DNA of 64,000 nucleotides, from contig MFEK01000014.1 in the NCBI GenBank assembly GCA_001779925.1, forward strand, positions 152,168 to 216,167, read 5' to 3'. Position numbers and translations under genes: made by a program. Position 1 is the first letter of the stretch; each line of letters starts with the position of its first letter. The DNA is from Candidatus Doudnabacteria bacterium RIFCSPHIGHO2_01_FULL_46_14 (GTDB lineage: Bacteria; Patescibacteriota; Doudnabacteria; UBA920; 2-01-FULL-46-14). This document shows positions 1 to 7,965 of this stretch, piece after piece. The notes beneath the pieces are model-generated. The model was not told the origin of the DNA. It ran no database searches and worked only from the letters and a program-made list of their open reading frames with translations.

Positions 1-2777
1 CGAGTGTTTCGACCAAGCTCAACATAAAAAACGCCAAACGGCAGGTGCAAAGTTGGGGCGTAGGTTTTGATTGGTCGCGCGAGATAAATACCACTGATCC
101 GGAATATTACAAATGGACACAGTGGATTTTCCTGCAGTTCTACAAAGCGGGACTCGCGTACGAAGCCGCGGGGCTTATCAACTGGTGTCCGCAGGACAAA
201 ACAGGACTCGCGAACGAAGAGGTGATAGACGGCAAATGCGAACGTTGCGGAACAGTGGTTGAGAAAAAAGAACTGCGCCAATGGTATCTGAAAATCACAG
301 CGTACGCCGAAAAGCTTCTTGAGGGATTGAAAAATCTTCCCGAATGGCCGGATCAGGTCAAGCTCCAGCAGGAAAACTGGATCGGGAAAAGCGAGGGCGC
401 GGAAATTGATTTTCCATTATTTGTTATTCCGGCCGCCGAGCCGGAATCCAGTCCGCCTCAGGCGGATGGATCCCGAAGACCCAAGTCCGGGATGACAAAC
501 TTTTTAATTCTCCATGGGTACACGGGCTCGGCAGGCAGGAATTTTATACCCTGGCTGAAAACAGAGCTTGAAAAACAGGGTTATAAAGTGCAAACACCTG
601 AGCTGCCGAATTCTGATGACCCAAAAGAATCTGAGCAGGTTGATTATATTTTAAAAAAATGCAGCATTGATGAGAATACGATTATAGTTGGTCATAGCCT
701 TGGCTGTATAGTCGCCATGAAAGCCCTGCAAAAATACGGAAAATCCGTTAAGGGGTTAATATTGCTGGATGCGGCCGTAGATCCTGCGTTTTCTGGCGCT
801 ACGCCTCGACCGTTCCACAAGAATTTTTCCTGGAATTTCGACTACGAAAGGTTAAAAAAATACGCACCTGCGCGGACCATACTTTCAGATTTAAAAGAGG
901 GCGAGCCGCGGGTGGGATATCTGAAAACTTTATCAAAGAAACTGGATGCGCAATTGATAACTGGGCGATCAACGGAGAATCACTTCACAGCTGAGCGAGA
1001 ACCATTGGTGTTAGAAATTCTCACCCCTCCCTCAATCCCTCCCCATCAAGGGGAGGGAAGAGGGGAAGGGATAAAAATTTTTACCACCAGGGTTGATACT
1101 TTACCAGGTGCGACCTTTATTGTAATTGCCCCGGAGCACCCTCTTATACAGAATTTTGCCTCAAGGATTTCGAATTTCAGCGAGGTGAGTAAATATATCG
1201 AGGAGGCAAAAAAGAAAACTGATATTGTCCGCTCCGCCAGGGACAAAGAAAAAACCGGGGTGGAATTGAAAGGTGTTAAAGTGGTTAATCCGGTTAATGG
1301 TGAAAAATTGCCGATTTGGGTTGCGGACTATGCTTTGATGGATTTTGGCACAGGCGCGTTATTTGGCGATGCGCACGACGAACGCGATCAAGCATTCGCC
1401 AAGAAATATAAAATTCCTTTAAAAGTAACTCTGAAGCCTGCAAACGGACGCGATGATTCAAAAATTCGGAATTTAGAAGAAGTCTTTATCGATGATGGTG
1501 TTTTGTATAATTCCGGAGAGTTCGATGGTCTATCTTCTGAAGAGGCTCGAAAAGTAATAACTAAATGGTTGGTAGATAAAAAATCAGGACGAGCGACTGT
1601 TTCTTACAAACTCCGCGATTGGGTGTTTTCCAGGCAGAGATATTGGGGCGAGCCGATTCCTATCATTCACTGCCCTGCGTGCGGAATAGTACCAGTACCG
1701 GAAAAAGATTTGCCGGTTCGGCTTCCGAACGTGAAAAAATATGAACCAACCGGAACAGGGGAATCGCCGCTCGCCGCGATAGACAAATGGGTGAAAGTGA
1801 AATGTCCAAACTGCAAAGGCCCAGCCAAACGCGAAACCAATACCATGCCGCAGTGGGCCGGCAGCTCTTGGTATTATTTGCGATACACTGACCCGAAAAA
1901 CAAGAACGAATTGGCAGATGATGAATTGATGAAACATTGGCTGCCGGTTGATGTGTATTTTGGCGGCACGGAACATACGACGCTTCACCTTTTGTATTCG
2001 CGTTTTTGGAATTTGTTTTTGCATGATCAGGGAATCGTGCCGGTAAGCGAGCCGTATACAAAGCGCGTGCCGCACGGGATTATTCTCGCCGAAGACGGGG
2101 AGAAGATGAGCAAAAGCCGGGGCAATGTAGTGAACCCTGATGAAATTGTGAACATATACGGCGCAGACACTTTGCGGATGTATGAGCTATTTTTGGGACC
2201 GCATGGGCAGACTGTTAGTTGGCATAGTCGCGGGATAATCGGTGTAAGGAGATTTTTGGAGAAAGTTTGGCGTCTCGCAAGCATAAAAGAATCATCAACA
2301 TCGCGGATTCAGAGTGATAAATTAGAGAGCATTATTCACAAGACTATTAAAAAAGTTACCGACGATATCGAAAATTTTCGTTTTAACACTGCGGTATCCG
2401 CACTGATGATTTTGGCGAATGAAATGGAAGGAAAACAAGTAAGCAAAAATGACATAACAAGACTGTTGAAATTATTAGCTCCATTTGCCCCCCATATGGC
2501 CGAAGATCTGTGGCGCGAATTGGGAAACAAAGTTTCAATTCATCTCGCACAGTGGCCGGAACATGATCCTGCTTTAGCTAAAGATGAATTTGTAAATGTT
2601 GCAGTGCAGATCAATGGCCGGGTTCGGGATACAGTGCGGATTGCAGTCGCGGCCAGCGAAGCCGAAGCAAGAAATTTTGCAGAAGCAAGCTCCCAAGTTC
2701 AAAAGCATCTGGTCGGTAAGCAAGTTGGGAAATTTATTTATATTCCCGGAAAAATTATTAATTTCGTCGTGAAATAA
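1..2777 (+). CDS. leuS: Leucyl-tRNA synthetase, 5'-truncated by the window edge, with an inserted alpha/beta-hydrolase domain
   Basis: DWSRE..TT.PEYYKWTQW, LANEEV, NWIGKSEG, FTTR.DT, KLRDW.FSRQRYWGEPIP and KMSKS motifs; HIGH motif lies upstream of the window. Confidence 0.97.
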   Translation, partial: SVSTKLNIKNAKRQVQSWGVGFDWSREINTTDPEYYKWTQWIFLQFYKAGLAYEAAGLINWCPQDKTGLANEEVIDGKCERCGTVVEKKELRQWYLKITAYAEKLLEGLKNLPEWPDQVKLQQENWIGKSEGAEIDFPLFVIPAAEPESSPPQADGSRRPKSGMTNFLILHGYTGSAGRNFIPWLKTELEKQGYKVQTPELPNSDDPKESEQVDYILKKCSIDENTIIVGHSLGCIVAMKALQKYGKSVKGLILLDAAVDPAFSGATPRPFHKNFSWNFDYERLKKYAPARTILSDLKEGEPRVGYLKTLSKKLDAQLITGRSTENHFTAEREPLVLEILTPPSIPPHQGEGRGEGIKIFTTRVDTLPGATFIVIAPEHPLIQNFASRISNFSEVSKYIEEAKKKTDIVRSARDKEKTGVELKGVKVVNPVNGEKLPIWVADYALMDFGTGALFGDAHDERDQAFAKKYKIPLKVTLKPANGRDDSKIRNLEEVFIDDGVLYNSGEFDGLSSEEARKVITKWLVDKKSGRATVSYKLRDWVFSRQRYWGEPIPIIHCPACGIVPVPEKDLPVRLPNVKKYEPTGTGESPLAAIDKWVKVKCPNCKGPAKRETNTMPQWAGSSWYYLRYTDPKNKNELADDELMKHWLPVDVYFGGTEHTTLHLLYSRFWNLFLHDQGIVPVSEPYTKRVPHGIILAEDGEKMSKSRGNVVNPDEIVNIYGADTLRMYELFLGPHGQTVSWHSRGIIGVRRFLEKVWRLASIKESSTSRIQSDKLESIIHKTIKKVTDDIENFRFNTAVSALMILANEMEGKQVSKNDITRLLKLLAPFAPHMAEDLWRELGNKVSIHLAQWPEHDPALAKDEFVNVAVQINGRVRDTVRIAVAASEAEARNFAEASSQVQKHLVGKQVGKFIYIPGKIINFVVK
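422..497. repeat. In-frame palindromic element (GTYATTCCG...CCGGRATGAC family) with nested TCCGCCTCAGGCGGA
   Basis: Related intergenic copies at 19081-19160 and 33514-33543. Confidence 0.75.
1023..1070. repeat. In-frame CCCTCCCC...GGGGAGGG palindromic element
   Basis: cccctccctcaatccctccccatcaaggggaggg; same family at 3779, 5411, 17650 and 62095. Confidence 0.75.
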
Positions 2778-3451
2778 TGCAGGCTGTAATATTGGCTGCA
2801 GGATTCGGCACGCGAATGGGCGAGTTGACCAAAACCACGCCGAAGCCTCTTCTAAAAATCGGGAATAAAACCATTCTCGAACATAATCTTGAACAGCTTC
2901 CGGAAGAAATCGAAGAGGTGATTTTGGTTACTGGTTATTTGGGTGGACAAATTAAAAAAGCGATCGGGAATAATTTTGCGGGTAAAAAAATCACCTATGT
3001 AGATCAAAAAGAACTAAAGGGAACTGCTCACGCGCTTTATCAGAGCAAAGATTTGATTCGCGGGCGGTTTTTGGTGCTCATGGGCGATGATCTATATCAC
3101 AAACGCGATCTGGAAAAGCTTATTAAATATCCCCTGGCGATTCTTGTATGGCAGCTGCAAAATGGTGAAAGCGGGGAGGACCGGCACGCAATCGTGAAGG
3201 TCGATGAGGCTGGGGAACTTAGTGATATTGTCGAGCGACAACCTGCAAGAGAAGGGTCCCTAGTTAACACAGCGGCCTATATTTTAAATCAGAATTATTT
3301 CAACTACCCACTCGTTGGCGCTGGCATACCCGCGAAAGAATTTGGATTGCCTCAGACATTTTTGCAGATGGTTCGCGATGGCGCAAAATTTGCCGTAGTT
3401 CCTGCGGAAAAATGGCACAAGGTTGCTTCTCCTGAAGATTTAAAATTGTAA
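2777..3451 (+). CDS. Sugar-phosphate nucleotidyltransferase (NTP_transferase family)
   Basis: AVILAAG.GTRM...T...PKPLL and LMGDD motifs. Confidence 0.9.
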   Translation: MQAVILAAGFGTRMGELTKTTPKPLLKIGNKTILEHNLEQLPEEIEEVILVTGYLGGQIKKAIGNNFAGKKITYVDQKELKGTAHALYQSKDLIRGRFLVLMGDDLYHKRDLEKLIKYPLAILVWQLQNGESGEDRHAIVKVDEAGELSDIVERQPAREGSLVNTAAYILNQNYFNYPLVGAGIPAKEFGLPQTFLQMVRDGAKFAVVPAEKWHKVASPEDLKL

Positions 3452-3500
3452 TTCCCATTTTTGACGCAATTGCGTATATTTTGGGAATGATTTTATATTT

Positions 3501-4214
3501 ATGAATAAAGAACAAATAAGAATTGCTATTAATTACGTTAAAAATGGAAAGGCGGTGGTGTTTCCCACGGATACCGCCTATGGTCTTGGCGTGGATGCGA
3601 CGAACTCGAAAGCAGTAATGAGATTATTTAAGATTAAGAAGCGACGACCGACAAAACCGGTGCATATTGTAGTTTCAGGATTCGCAATGGCGAAGCGTTA
3701 TGCCAAGTTTTCGCCGCAGGCAGAGAAATTATTTAGAAAGTTTTTACCGGGAAAATTGACTTTGATTTTACCGTTCAAACCCCCTCCCTCCAGCCTTCGC
3801 GCGAGGCTACGGCGGACGCGGTCAGTCCCTCCCCAGATGGGGGAGGGAAGTTCATATCGAACTCTTTCCGCTGGCACCGGCACAATTGGTATCCGCATGC
3901 CGAAAGACAAGATTGCTCTGGGATTGGTGAAAAAATTGGGCAGGCCGATTACGGCAACCAGCGCCAATATATCCAGCGCGCCGACAGCTTATTCTGTTTC
4001 GCAAATAAAATGGCAGTATCGCAATAAAAAATTGAAACCGGATTTTTACCTGGATGGTGGAAAACTAAATAAGGTCAGGCCATCCACTATGGTAAGATTA
4101 ACTGGTAGCCGAATTGAAATTCTCAGACGCGGGCCGATAACCAAGAAGCAAATACTAAAATGTATCATTTCCGTTTCCCCCAATATTTCTCAATCTCGCC
4201 GAACCGCGAAGTAA
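3501..4214 (+). CDS. tsaC: Threonylcarbamoyl-AMP synthase (Sua5/YrdC family)
   Basis: FPTDTAYGL, K.R...KP, IGIRMP, TATSANIS and PST motifs. Confidence 0.93.
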   Translation: MNKEQIRIAINYVKNGKAVVFPTDTAYGLGVDATNSKAVMRLFKIKKRRPTKPVHIVVSGFAMAKRYAKFSPQAEKLFRKFLPGKLTLILPFKPPPSSLRARLRRTRSVPPQMGEGSSYRTLSAGTGTIGIRMPKDKIALGLVKKLGRPITATSANISSAPTAYSVSQIKWQYRNKKLKPDFYLDGGKLNKVRPSTMVRLTGSRIEILRRGPITKKQILKCIISVSPNISQSRRTAK

Positions 4215-5317
4215 CTGAGGTCTACTGGTTCACGATCATTTCCAACCTGGCTTTGTCCATGGTTTTTATTTTCGAGCCGATCTATCTCTATACCCTCGGC
4301 TACAGCCTCATAAAAATCATGGTGTTTTATCTCATGCTTTATGCCTGGTACCTGGTGCTGATCGGCTTTGGTGCGAAATTTGCCAGCCGTTTCGGATACA
4401 AACACTCGATTTTTTTGTCTACCATTTTTTTTGTCCTGTTTTGGTTCGCGCTTTATTTTACAAAAATCCATCCTTTTCTTTTTTATGTCGCGCCTTTTTT
4501 ATTCGCGATGCAAAAATCCTGGTTTTGGCCGGCGTATGATACTGACATGTCGCTTTTTTCCGCTAAGACTCAGCGCGGGCGCGAGGTGGGTGTGCTTTTC
4601 TCTTTGGTGCAAATTGCGTTTATCGCCGGCCCGTTTCTAGGTGGCATGATTTCGGAAAATTTCGGTTTTATGACCCTCTTTGTTTGCTCCTCGATATTAA
4701 TGATTCTCTCCGCGTACCCGCTCTTTTCCAGTCCGGAAATCTATTCGCCTCATCAATTCCGATTCACCAATCTCTGGAAAATGTTTCGGCTTTATCCTTC
4801 CAATTTTTTCGGCTATTGGGGTTATGCCGAGGATTTGATGCTTATGAGTTTGTGGCCGATCTTTATGTATACGGTTGTCGGTGATTTTCAGAGTATGGGC
4901 TTTATTACGACCATTGCGACCATAATCGGAACTGTTATAATGCTCTATGTGGGCAAGCTTATTGACCGCCGCGGCCACAGGCACCGACTCATCGAAAAAT
5001 CCGCCATAGTGTACGGGGTGACCTGGGTTTTGCGGTTTACCGCAAAAGTTCTCCCAATCGTTTTGTTGTTTGATATTTTGACCAAGACTGCCAAGAATAT
5101 CGTGGACGTGCCTATGTATTCTGTTACTTTTGAGAGAGCCTCCGAGCGCGACCCGGATCATGCCATCGCTTATAGCGTATTTTACGAATTCAGCTCGTCA
5201 GTTGGTAAGGTTATCACAGCTCTCGGGGCGATCGGTATTCTTGCCTGGACTGGAAACATTTTTTACGTTTTTGCTTTTGCTGGAGTCTTAACAATGTTTT
5301 ACGGGTTTCTCAAGTAG
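4160..5317 (+). CDS. MFS-type transporter
   Basis: About 12 hydrophobic segments; G.FASRFG and GKLIDRRG loop motifs. Confidence 0.8.
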   Translation: MYHFRFPQYFSISPNREVTEVYWFTIISNLALSMVFIFEPIYLYTLGYSLIKIMVFYLMLYAWYLVLIGFGAKFASRFGYKHSIFLSTIFFVLFWFALYFTKIHPFLFYVAPFLFAMQKSWFWPAYDTDMSLFSAKTQRGREVGVLFSLVQIAFIAGPFLGGMISENFGFMTLFVCSSILMILSAYPLFSSPEIYSPHQFRFTNLWKMFRLYPSNFFGYWGYAEDLMLMSLWPIFMYTVVGDFQSMGFITTIATIIGTVIMLYVGKLIDRRGHRHRLIEKSAIVYGVTWVLRFTAKVLPIVLLFDILTKTAKNIVDVPMYSVTFERASERDPDHAIAYSVFYEFSSSVGKVITALGAIGILAWTGNIFYVFAFAGVLTMFYGFLK

Positions 5318-5410
5318 CGACCCTAATTTACGAATCACATCCGAATGTCACGAATAAAGATCAAAAAACTGAATTTGAAAATACTGCCCTTTGTGTGAAA
5401 CAATCTCGCA

Positions 5411-5470
5411 ACCCTCGCCCGTAATCGGGAGAGGGGGGAACTCCGATCCAGATCGGGGGTGGGTGAGGGT
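5411..5470. repeat. Intergenic CCCTC...GAGGG palindromic element
   Basis: accctcgccc...gggagaggg...gggtgagggt. Confidence 0.6.
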
Positions 5471-5502
5471 TTGGGGGGTAATATTATTAAATTTGAATCA
5501 AC

Positions 5503-6837
5503 ATGAAATATGAAGCACTAAAAAAAGAGGATCCGGAGATTTATGGTCTGATCCAAAAAGAAGCGAGGCGACAAAAAGAGGGTTTGGAAATGATTCCCTC
5601 GGAAAATTATGCTTCGTCCGCGGTTCTTGAAGCAATGGGTAGCATCCTCAACGTTAAATATGCTGAAGGCTATCCGGGAAAAAGATATTATGGAGGCAAC
5701 ATTTACATTGACGAGATTGAGAGGCTTTGCCAGAAGCGGGCACTCAAGGCGTTTGGGGCCGAAGGTTATCACGTCAATGTTCAGCCGCTTTCGGGAAGCC
5801 CGGCAAACCTGGCCGTGTATTTTGCGCTGCTCACACCCGGGGACACGATAATGTCACTCAAGCTCGATCACGGTGGACATCTCACGCATGGTTCCCCGAC
5901 GAATTTTTCCGGAAAAAATTATAACTTCGTCTTTTATCCTGTCGATCCGAAATTGGAAACACTTGATTATGACGTGATTGAAAAACTCGCGGCCGAACAC
6001 AAGCCGAAAATTATCCTTTCCGGTTATACGGCTTATCCGCGGAGCATCGATTTCGAGCGTATCGCAAAAATCGCCAAGCAAGTCGGAGCGATTTCTATGG
6101 CTGATATCTCACATATTTCGGGCCTGATCGTCGGCGGGGTTCATTCGTCACCGTTTCCATACACCGACGTGGTCATGACCACCACTCATAAAACTCTCCG
6201 TGGTCCGCGGGCGGCCATGCTTTTTTGCCGCGAGGAGTTCAAAGATCAGATCGATAAAGCCGTATTTCCCGGTATGCAGGGCGGTCCCCACGAGCATACG
6301 ATCGCCGGTATCGCTGTTGCTCTGCGCGAGGCGATGACAGATGGATTCAAAGAGTATGTGGCACAGATCTTGAAAAACGCTACAACCTTGGCCAAAAGTC
6401 TGCAGGGCCAGGGTTTGAAGCTTGTCACTGACGGGACTGATAATCATTTGATGTTGATCGACCTGCGGCCGTTTGCCGCAGGGAGTGGAATTTTCGTGGA
6501 AAAAGCTCTCGAAGAAGCGGAAATCAGCGTAAATAAAACCACAGTACCGAATGACCCGATGCCGCCGTACTATCCTTCCGGCATCAGATTAGGGCCGCCG
6601 GCTTTGACCAGCCGGGGTATGAAAGAGCAAGAAATGGAGCAAGCTGGTAAATTGATCGCGCGAATTGTCAAAGAGTTCGCAAAAATCAAATTGCCGGAAG
6701 AGAAAGAAAAACGCGCAGCATCCGTCAAAGAATTCTCAGCCAAGCTCGCGGATAACTCCTTGATTAAAGAGGTTAAATCACAAGTCATTGAACTTGCTAG
6801 TAAATTTCCCGTTCCGGGAATAGATTTACCCCATTAG
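5503..6837 (+). CDS. glyA: Serine hydroxymethyltransferase
   Basis: LIPSEN-like EMIPSENY, YAEGYPGKRYYGG, GGHLTHG and PLP-lysine TTTHKTLRGPR. Confidence 0.97.
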   Translation: MKYEALKKEDPEIYGLIQKEARRQKEGLEMIPSENYASSAVLEAMGSILNVKYAEGYPGKRYYGGNIYIDEIERLCQKRALKAFGAEGYHVNVQPLSGSPANLAVYFALLTPGDTIMSLKLDHGGHLTHGSPTNFSGKNYNFVFYPVDPKLETLDYDVIEKLAAEHKPKIILSGYTAYPRSIDFERIAKIAKQVGAISMADISHISGLIVGGVHSSPFPYTDVVMTTTHKTLRGPRAAMLFCREEFKDQIDKAVFPGMQGGPHEHTIAGIAVALREAMTDGFKEYVAQILKNATTLAKSLQGQGLKLVTDGTDNHLMLIDLRPFAAGSGIFVEKALEEAEISVNKTTVPNDPMPPYYPSGIRLGPPALTSRGMKEQEMEQAGKLIARIVKEFAKIKLPEEKEKRAASVKEFSAKLADNSLIKEVKSQVIELASKFPVPGIDLPH

Positions 6838-6890
6838 ATAAGTTTGGAAAATGACCGATGATTCTACAAAATTAAAATATCTAACGGGGT
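6828..6890. mobile_element. MITE-like element with ACCCC(A/G)TTAGA...TCTAACGGGGT terminal inverted repeats
   Basis: TIR visible; relatives at 60829-60909 and a collapsed copy at 22938-22962. Confidence 0.65.
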
Positions 6891-6892
6891 AA

Positions 6893-7405
6893 ATGCGCAA
6901 TTTCGATCTTCAAGTTTTCGAGTATATTAATGGCCTTGCCCTGAAATATCCGCTCTGGGACAAGGTCGTCATTTACGCCAACGAGTATGGCCTTTATGTT
7001 TTCGCTGGGATTGTCGCGATACTGTTTTTCGTCAATCGCCGAGCTTTCTGGGGTGCTGCGATTTCCTCAATTCTTGCCCGCGGAATCATTACAGAGATCA
7101 TTCGCTATGCGTATAAACGGCCGAGGCCATTTGTCAACGATCAGTTGGAAAACGTCCGACAGCTTGTTGTAAAAAGTGTGATCAACGATTCATTTCCTTC
7201 GGGGCACGCCGCGTTCTATTTCGCAATTGCTTTCGCCGTGTATTTCCAGAACCGCAAGGCCGGTGCTGTTTTGATTATTCTGGCGGTGATTCTGGGAACG
7301 ACCCGAATCTACACGGGAATTCATTATCCATCAGATATTCTGGGGGGCGCTCTGATTGGTTTTGCTTCAGCGTGGGTTGCGGGTAAGCTGCTTTTTCGCC
7401 GGTAA
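6893..7405 (+). CDS. PAP2-family phosphatase (undecaprenyl-PP phosphatase-like)
   Basis: RPRP, SFPSGHA and R.Y.G.HYPSD motifs. Confidence 0.92.
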   Translation: MRNFDLQVFEYINGLALKYPLWDKVVIYANEYGLYVFAGIVAILFFVNRRAFWGAAISSILARGIITEIIRYAYKRPRPFVNDQLENVRQLVVKSVINDSFPSGHAAFYFAIAFAVYFQNRKAGAVLIILAVILGTTRIYTGIHYPSDILGGALIGFASAWVAGKLLFRR

Positions 7406-7451
7406 AAACTGTGCTAGTCTAAGAATAGACACGAGTAAAGAATCGCCAGAA

Positions 7452-7853
7452 ATGAAACAAAATCAACAATCCCTGCCAATTCTGTTTTTTGCTTGGTTTT
7501 TTGTTGCCCAGCCCGGTAAAATAATCGCCAGCGGTAAGAACACCATGCATTGGGTCTGGCAGTATTTTTCTATCGGCTTTTTACTGCCGCGGCTGTTTGC
7601 GTCCTGGCATCGGGATATTACCTCATACGGCCGCGGTTTTGATTTGAAGCGTTCCTTGCACGCGCTTGGCTGGAACATGATTTCCCGCGTAATCGGCGCG
7701 TTTCTGCGGGTGGTGTTTATCATTCTGGGATTGGCTTTTGAGCTTTGTGTTCTGATAGGAACAATTTTCGCGCTGGTCTTATGGTACTCTTTTCCTATTA
7801 TTGTCCTGTTTTTAGCCATTGGTAAAATCTCGCTCGAGATTCTTCAAACATGA
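7452..7853 (+). CDS. Membrane protein upstream of the Clp-type ATPase
   Basis: Hydrophobic ORF; ATG at 7452 preferred to the TTG overlapping the PAP2 gene. Confidence 0.7.
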   Translation: MKQNQQSLPILFFAWFFVAQPGKIIASGKNTMHWVWQYFSIGFLLPRLFASWHRDITSYGRGFDLKRSLHALGWNMISRVIGAFLRVVFIILGLAFELCVLIGTIFALVLWYSFPIIVLFLAIGKISLEILQT

Positions 7854-7965
7854 CCACGTAATACATTTTGAGTTTACCAAGTAAGTATTAAAATATGTAT
7901 TTAAGTATAACTAATTCAGGATCAGCTTTTGTTCTCCGGCAGCAGTCGAAGATCTCCCAAGGCTG

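Noticed and set aside
498-1022. LeuRS insert as an intein
   Set aside because: No N-terminal C/S block or C-terminal HN-(C/S/T); the motifs are those of an alpha/beta hydrolase.
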